This document shows positions 18,681-28,044 of a stretch of 52,413 bases of DNA, one piece after another. The stretch's first letter is position 1. Each line of letters opens with the position of its first letter. Origin of the DNA: Alphaproteobacteria bacterium (lineage in GTDB: Bacteria; Pseudomonadota; Alphaproteobacteria; UBA11073); NCBI GenBank assembly GCA_013289145.1, contig JABDAM010000007.1:1-52413 (forward strand), in the 5' to 3' direction. Made by a program: the position numbers and the translations under genes. The notes beneath the pieces were generated by a model, which saw only the letters and a program-made list of their open reading frames with translations, ran no database searches and had not been told where the DNA came from.

Positions 18681-19105
18681 TATTCTTCGTCTTTCCGCCC
18701 TGTTTTGCGTTCCGTAATACGCGCGGCTTTGCCGGTCAGGCGGCGCAGGTAATACAGTTTCGCGCGGCGCACGCGGCCTTTGCGGACGACGGTGATGCTG
18801 TCGACGCGGGGGGAGTAGAGCGGGAAAATCCGCTCAACGCCTTCGCCGGCGGAGATTTTGCGGACGGTGAAGGCGGAGTTTACGCCGGCTTCTTTACGCG
18901 CGATGCAAACGCCTTCGAAGGCCTGAATACGTTCACGCGTGCCCTCGACGACTTTGACGTTCACTTTGATGGTGTCGCCCGCGGAAAATTCGGGGATTTT
19001 TTTGTCGCCCAAAGCCTTTTGCATTTGCTTGGCTTCGAGTTGTTGCAGCAGGTTGCCCTGTTGCGGTTGTGGTGCAGCTTTGGCTGCGGCTTTAGCTTTC
19101 GCCAT
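18680..19105 (-). CDS. rplS: 50S ribosomal protein L19
   Basis: [34 protein letters not shown]. Confidence 0.98.
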   Translation of the reverse strand: MAKAKAAAKAAPQPQQGNLLQQLEAKQMQKALGDKKIPEFSAGDTIKVNVKVVEGTRERIQAFEGVCIARKEAGVNSAFTVRKISAGEGVERIFPLYSPRVDSITVVRKGRVRRAKLYYLRRLTGKAARITERKTGRKDEE

Positions 19106-19160
19106 GTTGGTCTCCTTTGGCAGCGGGTTTTATCCCGTTTTCACCTTTGTTGTTGTCGTT

Positions 19161-19838
19161 TTATTTTTTAGGCGGGCCCAATAAATCAGGCCTGCGGGCA
19201 CGGGTTATAGCGATTTGCTGCTCCCGGCGCCAGCTTTTTATTTTAGCATGATGGCCGGAGAGAAGGACGTCTGGGACGGTCTGACCGCGCCATTCCTGGG
19301 GCCGGGTGTAGTGTGGATATTCCAGCAGGTTTTCGGTGAAACTTTCCTCGTCGTGCGTGGTGGCGTTGCCCAGCACGCCGGGCAGCAGGCGGATGACGGC
19401 ATCGAGCAAAATTTGCGCGGCCAGTTCGCCGCCCGAGAGGATGTAATCTCCGACCGAGATTTCTTCAAAGTTGTGGTGGTCGAGGGCGCGTTGATCGACG
19501 CCTTCATAACGTCCGCAAAGGAGGGTGAGGATTTGTTCCTGTGCGAGTTCGCGCACTAGATTCTGGTTCAGTAATTTCCCGCGCGGCGAAAGATAAATTT
19601 TGCGGCCTGCATTTGGAATGTTTTTGACGGCCGCATCAATGATGTCCGGTTTAATCACCATCCCCGCGCCGCCGCCAAAGGGCGTGTCATCCACCGTCTT
19701 ATAATTATCCGTGGCGAAGTCGCGCAGGTTGGTGGCGGTGAAAGACCATTTGTTTTCGGCCAATGCCTTCCCCGCCAACGCCGCGCCGAGCGTGCCGGGA
19801 AACATATCGGGAAAGAGAGTGAGGATTTGCGCGTGCAT
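19161..19838 (-). CDS. trmD: tRNA (guanine-N1)-methyltransferase
   Basis: LTLFPDMF, VDDTPFGGGAGMV, LCGRYEGVDQR, GDYILSGGE, LLEYPHYTRP. Confidence 0.97.
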   Translation of the reverse strand: MHAQILTLFPDMFPGTLGAALAGKALAENKWSFTATNLRDFATDNYKTVDDTPFGGGAGMVIKPDIIDAAVKNIPNAGRKIYLSPRGKLLNQNLVRELAQEQILTLLCGRYEGVDQRALDHHNFEEISVGDYILSGGELAAQILLDAVIRLLPGVLGNATTHDEESFTENLLEYPHYTRPQEWRGQTVPDVLLSGHHAKIKSWRREQQIAITRARRPDLLGPPKK

Positions 19839-19874
19839 CCCCTGACCATATCCGTTCAAATTAGAAATGTTAAT

Positions 19875-20570
19875 CTACAAACCAAGGAAAGCCCGAGGTC
19901 CACCTTGATCTAATCCAAGTTGAGGCGCCAAAGCTTTATTAAACGCCTGTAGATTGAGTCGCAGCAATCTGGCGTGGCAATTCTGATTGGCTTTACGGTG
20001 CAACGCGGCAAGCGTTGATTTCGGCAATTTAGTTGCCAGAAGCTCGGTAATTTTCAAAGCGTAGGCTTTAATAATCGCATGGTCGCTTTCAAGGGCTGTG
20101 CCAAGAATTTTAGCAATTTCATTGGGACGAAGACCGGTATCAAATGCTTTAAATAGCGCGAGGTATTGGCTGGCCGGATCTGTTTTGGGCAAAAGATGTT
20201 TTGGCTTTTGAGGTGGTTGGGGGCCAACAGAAAAACCCATGTCGGCGGGATCAAATGCGCCATTGCCATCATCTTTGTGATCGTCTTGAAATTTTTTCTT
20301 CGTTTTTTCATCGAATTCAGGCTCAAGTATCGCAGAGAGCGCCGCCATGACGGGAATAGCAACCTCGGCTCCTCGTTCTTGCATTAAGTGGAGGCCTAAT
20401 ACTTGGAATGCATTGTAATCATAGGTAATTGAGTTTTCTGCGAATGCTGCAGTTAGTTGTTTTGTCAGGAAGCCTTTTAATTCTTTGTCGATTTTGACGC
20501 CGTAAGGTTTGACTGCTTCGGTAACTTGCGCCACCGTCTCTTCAGCATTTAAGGGTTTCACTATTAACAT
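19875..20570 (-). CDS. Hypothetical ORFan between rimM and trmD
   Basis: SD AAAGGA before ATG 20570; promoter with the conserved box. Confidence 0.7.
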   Translation of the reverse strand: MLIVKPLNAEETVAQVTEAVKPYGVKIDKELKGFLTKQLTAAFAENSITYDYNAFQVLGLHLMQERGAEVAIPVMAALSAILEPEFDEKTKKKFQDDHKDDGNGAFDPADMGFSVGPQPPQKPKHLLPKTDPASQYLALFKAFDTGLRPNEIAKILGTALESDHAIIKAYALKITELLATKLPKSTLAALHRKANQNCHARLLRLNLQAFNKALAPQLGLDQGGPRAFLGL

Positions 20571-20598
20571 GGAATTTCCTTTCATGGGATTATGATCC

Positions 20599-20646
20599 AA
20601 TATAATTGCATCACAGTCATTAAAACAAGAAATTTTTTACTTTCAT
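20599..20646 (-). promoter_or_regulatory. ORFan promoter with the conserved upstream box
   Basis: Minus strand: AT-GAAAGTAAAAAATTTC-TTGTTT-18 nt-TATATT. Confidence 0.7.
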
Positions 20647-20659
20647 CGCCAACTCATTG

Positions 20660-21157
20660 TTATTCAGTCATTTCCGGCGGATTGATAATGATCACTTCCG
20701 CATCAAAATCCACCTGTTGCACCACATCCTGCGTAAAGGGCAAAAACTCCGTTTCGTTGTTTAATTTTTCGATTTCCAGCAGGTCGCCCGCGCCGAAGTT
20801 TTGGATGGATTTGACGATGCCGAGGTGCTGGCCGTCGGCGGTTTGCGCGGCGAGGCCGATGAGGTCGATGTGGTAATATTCGCCGGGCGCGGCGGCGGGC
20901 AGGGCGGTGCGGGGGATGAAGAGTTCTGTGCCGCGGAGTTGTTCAACGGCAGTGCGGTCGTCGATGGATTTGAATTTGACGGTCAGGTTTTTGCCCATCA
21001 TGCGTTGTTCGTCGATTTCAAACGCGCGGCCGGATTTATCGTGCAGCGTTTTGTATTCTTTCGCACGCGCGGGGTCTTCGCCATGCCAATACAACTTCAC
21101 CCACCCCCGCACGCCGTGCGCGGAGAGGATGGTGGCGAGGTGGATGTTACGTGGCAT
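20660..21157 (-). CDS. rimM: 16S rRNA processing protein RimM
   Basis: AHGVRGWVK, EYYHIDLIGL, NFGAGDLLEI, LPFT; lies between rpsP and trmD. Confidence 0.95.
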   Translation of the reverse strand: MPRNIHLATILSAHGVRGWVKLYWHGEDPARAKEYKTLHDKSGRAFEIDEQRMMGKNLTVKFKSIDDRTAVEQLRGTELFIPRTALPAAAPGEYYHIDLIGLAAQTADGQHLGIVKSIQNFGAGDLLEIEKLNNETEFLPFTQDVVQQVDFDAEVIIINPPEMTE

Positions 21158-21167
21158 TATAAATGCA

Positions 21168-21304
21168 TGTCACCCCGGCCACCGGCTGTGCCGGACCATT
21201 CGTCAGGCAGAAGCCGGAGTGCCGGGGTCTGCCTCGACATAATCACGGTGCTTGAGAATGCGTTCATGTGGAACCGCAGACCCCGGCACGAGGCCGGGGT
21301 GACA
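21168..21304. repeat. 137-bp composite palindromic element
   Basis: 13-bp terminal IR TGTCACCCCGGCC; 14-bp internal IR GTGCCGGGGTCTGC. Confidence 0.85.
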
Positions 21305-21310
21305 GGGTGG

Positions 21311-21784
21311 TTACGCAGCGGATTCTGCACTTGCTTCTTCAGCAGGCGCTTCCGCAGGCGCGGCTTCTGGTTTCGGCTCCGGGGCGGGCGCATTCTTCGC
21401 GGCTTCCGCCTCAGCTTTCGCCTTTTCAGCCGCTTCACGCGCTTTTTCCGCCATGGCTGCTTGTTCGCGCGTGCGTTCTTGCGCTTTTTTCTTTGGTGCG
21501 GATTGGGTTGGTTTGTCGGTGACTTTACGCGCTTCGATCATGCCGGCTTGCGACAAAAACAACGCGACGCGGTCGGTGACTTGCGCGCCGACTTTCAGCC
21601 AGTGTTCGATGCGGTCTTTTTGCAAAACCACGCGGCCTTCGGAATCCTTGGGCAACATCGGATTATACGTGCCGATTTTTTCGATCCAGCCTTTGTCGCG
21701 CGCCATGCGGCTGTCGGCGACGACGATGCTGTAGTGCGGGCGTTTTTTGGTACCACCGCGTGCGAGTCTGATTTTTACTGCCAT
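21311..21784 (-). CDS. rpsP: 30S ribosomal protein S16 with Ala/Glu/Lys-rich tail
   Basis: [25 protein letters not shown]; SD AGGAG. Confidence 0.97.
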   Translation of the reverse strand: MAVKIRLARGGTKKRPHYSIVVADSRMARDKGWIEKIGTYNPMLPKDSEGRVVLQKDRIEHWLKVGAQVTDRVALFLSQAGMIEARKVTDKPTQSAPKKKAQERTREQAAMAEKAREAAEKAKAEAEAAKNAPAPEPKPEAAPAEAPAEEASAESAA

Positions 21785-21803
21785 TGTTTTCTCCTGTGTG
21801 TTT

Positions 21804-23168
21804 TTAACGGCGTTGATTTCCAAACAATGCGCCCAGGCCACCCGCGCGCATCATTCCTTGAGCTCCACCCATGCGCTTCAGCTTTTTCATCGCGTCCTGC
21901 ATGGTATAGAATTGTTTGAGCAGGACGTTGACCGCCTGCACATCCACGCCCGCGCCATTCGCAATGCGAATTTTGCGGCGTGCCTTGATGATATCGGCAT
22001 CCAGGCGTTCGGCGCGTGTCATCGAATTGATGATGGCGATTTGGCGGTCGATGACTTTATCGTCAATTTTTTGGCCTTTCAGCATGTCGCCCATCTGGCC
22101 CATGCCGGGGAGCATTCCCAGAATACTGGATAATCCGCCCATGCTTTTCATTTGTTTGAGTTGGGATTTTAACATTTCAAGGTCGAATTGGCCCTTCATC
22201 ACGGCGGCGGCCATTTTTTCGGCTTCGGCGGCGTCGATGGTGGCGGCGGCTTTTTCAACGAGCGCGACGACGTCGCCCATGTCGAGGATGCGGCCCGCGA
22301 TGCGCGCGGGATCAAAAATTTCCAGCGCGTCGATTTTTTCGCCGACACCCGCGAATTTAATCGGCTGGCCGGTGATATGACGCATCGACAGCGCCGCACC
22401 GCCGCGCCCGTCGCCGTCGAGGCGCGTGAGGACGAGGCCGGTGATGCCGATTTTGTCGTGGAAAATCCGCGCGGTGTTGACGGCGTCTTGTCCGGTTAAG
22501 CTGTCCGCAACGAGTAACGTTTCTGTCGGCGCGGCGAGTTTTTTGACGCGCGCGAGTTCGCTCATTAATTCATCATCGATGGAGAGGCGGCCGGCGGAGT
22601 CGAGGATGAGGACGTCGAACCCTTCGCGTTTCGCGGTGTCGATGGCGCGCTGCGTAATCGCATCCGGTTTTTCATTTGCGATGATCGGTAATGACGCACC
22701 GCCGATTTGTTCCGCGAGGATGCGTAATTGTTCCTGTGCAGCGGGACGGTAAATGTCGAGTGATGCCAATAACGTTTTTTTGTTTTGTTTGTCAGCGAGG
22801 AATTTTGCGAGTTTCGCGCTGCTCGTCGTTTTCCCCGAACCCTGCAAACCCGCCATTAAAATCACAACGGGCGGGGAGGCGGCGAGGTTGAGTTCCGATA
22901 CGCCGCCGCCGAGCAATTCGATCAACAAATCGTTGACGATTTTGATGACTTGCTGGTCGGGTTTGATGGCGCGTAATACGGACTCGCCGATGGCGTGTTC
23001 GCGTGCCTTGGTGAGGAAATCTTTGACGACTTCGAGGGCAACGTCAGCTTGCAATAACGCCGTGCGCACCGCGCGCAATGCGTCATCCACATCGGCTTCG
23101 GTTAAAATGCCTTTGCCGCCGAGTTTACGGAAAACGCTGGAAAGGTTTTTGGAGAGGTCGTTAAACAT
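21804..23168 (-). CDS. ffh: Signal recognition particle protein Ffh
   Basis: [32 protein letters not shown]; Met-rich M domain. Confidence 0.98.
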   Translation of the reverse strand: MFNDLSKNLSSVFRKLGGKGILTEADVDDALRAVRTALLQADVALEVVKDFLTKAREHAIGESVLRAIKPDQQVIKIVNDLLIELLGGGVSELNLAASPPVVILMAGLQGSGKTTSSAKLAKFLADKQNKKTLLASLDIYRPAAQEQLRILAEQIGGASLPIIANEKPDAITQRAIDTAKREGFDVLILDSAGRLSIDDELMSELARVKKLAAPTETLLVADSLTGQDAVNTARIFHDKIGITGLVLTRLDGDGRGGAALSMRHITGQPIKFAGVGEKIDALEIFDPARIAGRILDMGDVVALVEKAAATIDAAEAEKMAAAVMKGQFDLEMLKSQLKQMKSMGGLSSILGMLPGMGQMGDMLKGQKIDDKVIDRQIAIINSMTRAERLDADIIKARRKIRIANGAGVDVQAVNVLLKQFYTMQDAMKKLKRMGGAQGMMRAGGLGALFGNQRR

Positions 23169-23286
23169 AGCAGACGAGCAGACGAGCAGACGAATAGACG
23201 AAGGAAGGGCGACGGCGACGAATACCGATTTTAATCGAGATAATTTTTTTATCTCGTCTGCTCGTCTGCTCGTCTGCTCGTCTGCT
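23169..23286. repeat. Inverted pair of octamer arrays, (AGCAGACG)n and (CTCGTCTG)4
   Basis: About 33-bp IR with 2 mismatches; fills the crcB-ffh spacer. Confidence 0.85.
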
Positions 23287-23288
23287 TT

Positions 23289-23672
23289 TCATAATTTTAC
23301 TCCCATTCTTACCAGCCACATGCCGAGGATCAGTGCGAGCAAAGAAATTCCAACCGAAGCAAACAAATAAATCGCCGCTTGTATATATTGCCCGCGTTCG
23401 AACAGCATGATGGTATCGAGTGAAAAACTGGAAAACGTCGTAAAGCCGCCCAGAATGCCGACGGTTAAAAAGGCGCGGACATTTTGCGGGGTATCCCACA
23501 CGTGGGCGAACGTGGAAATCAAAACACCCATCAGGAATGAACCCAAAATATTAATCACCAGAATGCCGAGCGGAAAATCACGGTGCCAGATTTGCATGAC
23601 CCCGGTATTGACGAAATGACGCGCCACCGCGCCCAATCCGCCGCCCAGGAATACTGCAATTACTGTTTCCAT
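23289..23672 (-). CDS. crcB: Fluoride efflux channel Fluc/CrcB
   Basis: GGGLGAVAR, FPLG..IN..GS, GILGGFTTFSSF; SD GGAG. Confidence 0.94.
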   Translation of the reverse strand: METVIAVFLGGGLGAVARHFVNTGVMQIWHRDFPLGILVINILGSFLMGVLISTFAHVWDTPQNVRAFLTVGILGGFTTFSSFSLDTIMLFERGQYIQAAIYLFASVGISLLALILGMWLVRMGVKL

Positions 23673-23699
23673 CATTACTCCAAACATCCCAAACGCCAT

Positions 23700-23790
23700 T
23701 GAGGCCGGCGAGCGCAACGCGCGGACCGGCCTAGATCCTCGGGTCGTGCGAACCGTATGTACGGCGCCGCCCGGCTGGACCCCCATTGCA
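23700..23790 (-). ncRNA. Putative structured leader RNA upstream of crcB-ffh
   Basis: Hairpins such as GGCCGG-TCC-GCGC-GTT-GCGC-TCG-CCGGCC and CCGTA-CA-TACGG; family not established. Confidence 0.35.
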
Positions 23791-23996
23791 AAATGCCTTG
23801 GGATAAAAGCGGGATAAGGCCCCTCAGCCCAAAAGTCAAGAATTTTTAGCGTTATTTGATCATCAGGCGGATAAATAACATCCTTGCCGATTTTTTATGA
23901 AAGTAATCGCAGAAAAACTTTGACTCTTACCCCCCAGGCACGCCTATAAGAGTGCAAGGGTAATCCTGAACACACAACAGACTTTGGAGATAAAAA

Positions 23997-25673
23997 ATGA
24001 ACTTACAATCCACCTTGGGCCTCGGCCTTCAAATAGCGCAAGCTGCATATGCAAAAGTTAGGCAAGCACCTAACAAATTGACTGCCGCGGCAGTTGCGGG
24101 TGTTACTCTATTTATTGCGGTTGGCTGCGGCGGCGGCGGTGGTGGCGGTGGTAGCCCTATCACGGCAAACGATGGTGTGTCTGTTTATGCCTCCCTTTGG
24201 CAGCAGAGCGATCCGCAGGTTGTCGCAAAACGCGTGGCTGCCATGCAGCAGGCGTTCGCGTTGCATGATAACGCAGTGACGGGTTTGTCAAAAGATTCTA
24301 CATCACCGGAAGAAGTGCTGATCAACAGCGCATCCAATTTTACAAAGAATGCGCCTGCGCAACCGGCAAATGGATCCTATTCCGACATTAATAATAATTA
24401 CATGCTTACGGAAGGCATGGCGGCGGCTCAGGGCGGCAACGGTGGAACTGTAACGTTTCCTTTGGCTCAGTACTCCGCTATTTTCAAGCAACTGGACAAG
24501 CTTTCGGCGAGCTCCAATGCGACTGATATCGCGGTGGCGGCGGCTAACATCAGCACGATGCTCGGCAAGGCTAAAGGCGTAATCGCTCCATCATCTTCTG
24601 CTGCGGCTGAAGCTGTGGATCTCTACAACAAACTGACAGGCACCAGCGGCGTTGGCGGAACGACGAAGTTGGATGATTTCTGGACTGCTTGGAAGGCCTT
24701 TGTTGCCAGCCCATCCGACACAACGGCTGGTACGGCATCCACCAAAGCGGCTGCACTGGGCGTAACGATCCCATCGACCTATAGTTCAACGGGTAACTTG
24801 GCGGCAGGTCAATCGGCATTGGGCGTTTTCCAAGGCCGTGGCGAAATCATCCGCGAGTCTGCTGATGGCAAGACGTTTGAATACGACATCATCGGCCAAA
24901 GCGGCGGCGACACAACGCAAGTTGGCCGCGGCGGTGTTGACCTGATCGGCGGCACGCAAGGCAGCGAAGCGGTTAATCTTTTATCCGTTGATCCGACCCA
25001 AACAAATGGTTGGGAAGCTGTATCTGGAGCCATCAAGGATACCTTCACTGTAAAAGACGGCGGCAACGGCACGACTTCGATCAATCCGACGGATCCTGCT
25101 GGCGCAGCGGCTTTCAGTGCGGATACGAATAACAAAAACGCGTCCGGTTTGGCGTCTGATCTGACCAAGTTTGGATTCCCTGTTCAGAGCAACATCGTTC
25201 CATTCGATCCAGATCCAACGGTTGCCGGTGCGACAAAAGGATTTGTGGAATATGGCTATGCGCCAGGCCAAGGTTCTGCGGCTTTGAACGGCTTCAACTC
25301 TTATGGCTTTATCAACAACGCGTATCCTGCCAACTCAGACTACGCCCTGGTAACGCAAGCGGGTCCGAACGCCTTTATTGCTTCTTCAGGCACTTTCATC
25401 GCCAAGGTAAAAGTGGGTTCCTTCTCACAAACGAGCCAGAGCACGTCAAGCGCTGCTTGGGATGCTGATTGGCAAGCTGCCGGTAAAGCATACGGTTTCG
25501 TGGTGGATGATACGCCTCCAACACCGGCTGAGATCAAAATGATCAATGCTATGCGTGCAAGAACTGCGGCTGCGTCGCAAAGCCCAGGCTTGCAGAGTTT
25601 GTTGAACCCAGTTGGCGCAGCTAAACCAGCTGCTCAGCCTCGCGTTTCAACGGGTCTGCGGTTTGGCAACTAA
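23997..25673 (+). CDS. Large G/A/S/T-rich lipoprotein-like hypothetical protein, 558 aa
   Basis: SD GGAG; hydrophobic stretch followed by IAVG-C-GGGGGGGG; codon usage differs from neighbours. Confidence 0.75.
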   Translation: MNLQSTLGLGLQIAQAAYAKVRQAPNKLTAAAVAGVTLFIAVGCGGGGGGGGSPITANDGVSVYASLWQQSDPQVVAKRVAAMQQAFALHDNAVTGLSKDSTSPEEVLINSASNFTKNAPAQPANGSYSDINNNYMLTEGMAAAQGGNGGTVTFPLAQYSAIFKQLDKLSASSNATDIAVAAANISTMLGKAKGVIAPSSSAAAEAVDLYNKLTGTSGVGGTTKLDDFWTAWKAFVASPSDTTAGTASTKAAALGVTIPSTYSSTGNLAAGQSALGVFQGRGEIIRESADGKTFEYDIIGQSGGDTTQVGRGGVDLIGGTQGSEAVNLLSVDPTQTNGWEAVSGAIKDTFTVKDGGNGTTSINPTDPAGAAAFSADTNNKNASGLASDLTKFGFPVQSNIVPFDPDPTVAGATKGFVEYGYAPGQGSAALNGFNSYGFINNAYPANSDYALVTQAGPNAFIASSGTFIAKVKVGSFSQTSQSTSSAAWDADWQAAGKAYGFVVDDTPPTPAEIKMINAMRARTAAASQSPGLQSLLNPVGAAKPAAQPRVSTGLRFGN

Positions 25674-25692
25674 GCCTTAGCAAATCAATTCC

Positions 25693-25722
25693 AAACCCCC
25701 GCCAAATCGGCGGGGGTTTTTT
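25693..25722 (+). terminator. Intrinsic terminator
   Basis: AAACCCCCGCC-AAATC-GGCGGGGGTTT followed by a T tract. Confidence 0.9.
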
Positions 25723-25762
25723 ATTGGGTGACGTTCGCGGTGCCGCGTGATACCAAAACATC

Positions 25763-26578
25763 ATGCGCGTGGCGGTTTTGATTTGCGTTTATAACAATCC
25801 GGATGGCTTGCGCCGGACGCTGGACAGTCTGCGCGGCGAGGCGGGGGATTTCACCGTCGTCGTCGTGGATGACGGCAGCCCGGCGGCGGCCGTGATTAAC
25901 GCCGCCGATTATTCCTTTCCCATCCATCTGCACCGCTTGCCGCAAAACGGCGGCATCGAATACGCTTCGAATAAAGCCGCCGCCATCGCTCACCGCCTGG
26001 GCGCGGAATTTATCGCGCGGATTGATGCGGGCGATTTGTGGGTGCCGGGGCGGCTGGCCTTGCAACTCGCCGCGCTGGATGCCGATCCGAAATGCGTCGT
26101 CGTCGGCTGCGCGGCGGAGGCGTTTTATCCCAATGGCGAAAAGGCGATGGTGATCCGCCATCCGAGCGGTGATGCGGACATCCGACGTTTCATGCATATC
26201 AATTCCGCCTTTGCGAATGTCACCACGCTCATCCGCCTATCCACCGTAATCGCGGCGGGCGGTTACCCCATCAACTATCCGGCGGCGGAGGATTATGCGC
26301 TTTATTGGCGTTTGCTGCGCATCGGCGAGGGGATGAACCTCGACATCATCGGCACGCGCTTTGAATATGCCAATCCGGCATCCATCAGCAACCGCCGCTA
26401 CCGCGCGCAGCAGGTCAGCCGTTTGCGCCTACAACTGCGCTATTTCGATCCGGTAGTGAAAGAAAGTTATCAGGGCTTGGCGCGCAGCCTGATCGCGATT
26501 TTAGTGCCGCGGAAATTGTTACAGCGGTTCAAAAAAATCCTCGGCCTGCGCGGCGCGAATATCACGGCGGCTGAATAA
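25763..26578 (+). CDS. Family 2 glycosyltransferase
   Basis: VLICVYN, VVDDGS, ARIDAGD, AEDY. Confidence 0.9.
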   Translation: MRVAVLICVYNNPDGLRRTLDSLRGEAGDFTVVVVDDGSPAAAVINAADYSFPIHLHRLPQNGGIEYASNKAAAIAHRLGAEFIARIDAGDLWVPGRLALQLAALDADPKCVVVGCAAEAFYPNGEKAMVIRHPSGDADIRRFMHINSAFANVTTLIRLSTVIAAGGYPINYPAAEDYALYWRLLRIGEGMNLDIIGTRFEYANPASISNRRYRAQQVSRLRLQLRYFDPVVKESYQGLARSLIAILVPRKLLQRFKKILGLRGANITAAE

Positions 26579-26622
26579 TAGGACAGCTTTTAACCATCAT
26601 TATTCTCACCTAGAATACCGCC

Positions 26623-28044
26623 ATGTCGGAGTCGAAACAGTCACAGCCCATCACCCGCCGCCAGCGCCGCCGCGAGAAAATCTGCGCGGTGTGGCTGTTT
26701 TTGGGTGATGTTTTAACGCTGGCTTTATCCTTTCCGCTGACCGCGTTTTTATCCGCGCATCTTTCGCACATGATCAGCGGCCGCGTGTTCCAAACCGGCG
26801 CGTGGGATATGCAGCGCCTGTGGATTTTCGCGGGCCTGTCGATTGTTTTGTTATTGTGGCTGACGAACAAAGGCCACTACCGCAAGCGCCAGGATTACGC
26901 CGCCGAAGCGCATGCGATCATTAAATCCGTTGCGATCATCGCATTGTGCGACAGCTTTTTGTTATTTGCTTTGAAATATGATTTCTCGCGCCTGTGGCTG
27001 GTGTCGAACTGGCTGGTGGCGGCGCTGGGCCTGTGCATGGTGCGGCCTTTGGTGAAAAATTTATTGATCAAATTCGGCTTGTGGAACATTCCCACCGTTG
27101 TCGTCGGCACGGGCGAGGGCGCGGCGCAGGTCGCCGACGCACTGCGCGCGCAACCCTATCTCGGCTATGATGTGCGCGAAGTTTATGTGCCGGATGAAGG
27201 CGATAATCTGCTCACGCGCCTGAATGTGACGGCGGTGAACTACGTGATTTTGGCGACATCATCGCTGCCCGCCGCGATAGCGCGGGATGTGCAGCAATTG
27301 CTCACGCGCGCGCGGGTGCCTTTTGCCTTTGCGCCGGCGGTGCATGGCTTGTCGCTGATCGGGATGGAGCAGCAGATTTTATTCTCGCATGATGTTTTGC
27401 TGATGGCGGTGCGCGATAACATCGCCCAGCCGATGGCGCGCGTATCGAAAATGCTGTTCGATTATGTGCTGGCGATGATCGGCCTCGCGGTGATTTGGCC
27501 GCTGTTATTGCTCCTGGCGTTTTTGATTAAAATTGAGGACGGCGGGCCGGTATTATACCGTCAGCGCCGCATCGGCCGCGGCGGGCGGGAATTCGATTGC
27601 TTTAAATTCCGAACCATGGCGGTGGATTCTGACACGCGGTTGCAGATGATCTTGGCCAACGATCCGCGCGCGGCGGCGGAATGGGCGGCGGATCATAAAC
27701 TGCGCGACGATCCGCGCGTGACGGATACCGGAAAATTCCTGCGCAAAATCAGCCTGGATGAATTGCCGCAATTATTAAACGTGCTGTTCGGCGACATGAG
27801 CCTGATCGGCCCGCGCCCCATCACCACGGATGAAGTGGAAAAATACGGCGATGACATCGGGTTTTATTATTCCGTGCGCCCGGGCTTGACGGGCCTATGG
27901 CAAGTCTCTGGCCGCAATAATGTTTCCTACGCGCGGCGTGTCGAGCTGGACGGCTGGTATTCCCGCAACTGGTCGCTGTGGCTGGATATTGTGATTTTGT
28001 TAAAGACGGTGCCAGTGCTGTTGTTGCGCAAAGGGTCTTATTAA
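26623..28044 (+). CDS. Undecaprenyl-phosphate sugar phosphotransferase (WbaP-like)
   Basis: [45 protein letters not shown]. Confidence 0.93.
   Translation: MSESKQSQPITRRQRRREKICAVWLFLGDVLTLALSFPLTAFLSAHLSHMISGRVFQTGAWDMQRLWIFAGLSIVLLLWLTNKGHYRKRQDYAAEAHAIIKSVAIIALCDSFLLFALKYDFSRLWLVSNWLVAALGLCMVRPLVKNLLIKFGLWNIPTVVVGTGEGAAQVADALRAQPYLGYDVREVYVPDEGDNLLTRLNVTAVNYVILATSSLPAAIARDVQQLLTRARVPFAFAPAVHGLSLIGMEQQILFSHDVLLMAVRDNIAQPMARVSKMLFDYVLAMIGLAVIWPLLLLLAFLIKIEDGGPVLYRQRRIGRGGREFDCFKFRTMAVDSDTRLQMILANDPRAAAEWAADHKLRDDPRVTDTGKFLRKISLDELPQLLNVLFGDMSLIGPRPITTDEVEKYGDDIGFYYSVRPGLTGLWQVSGRNNVSYARRVELDGWYSRNWSLWLDIVILLKTVPVLLLRKGSY

Noticed and set aside
20801-21919. 372-aa plus-strand ORF and other long antisense ORFs (for example 34382-35146, 41423-42253, 47773-48504)
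   Set aside because: Shadow frames opposite well-supported GC-rich genes
23169-23286. CRISPR array
   Set aside because: The units are contiguous 8-mers without spacers, and there are no cas genes in the window
23676-23800. Fluoride riboswitch or SRP RNA upstream of crcB
   Set aside because: Neither the fluoride core nor the SRP CAGG..GGAA..AGCAG loop is recognisable
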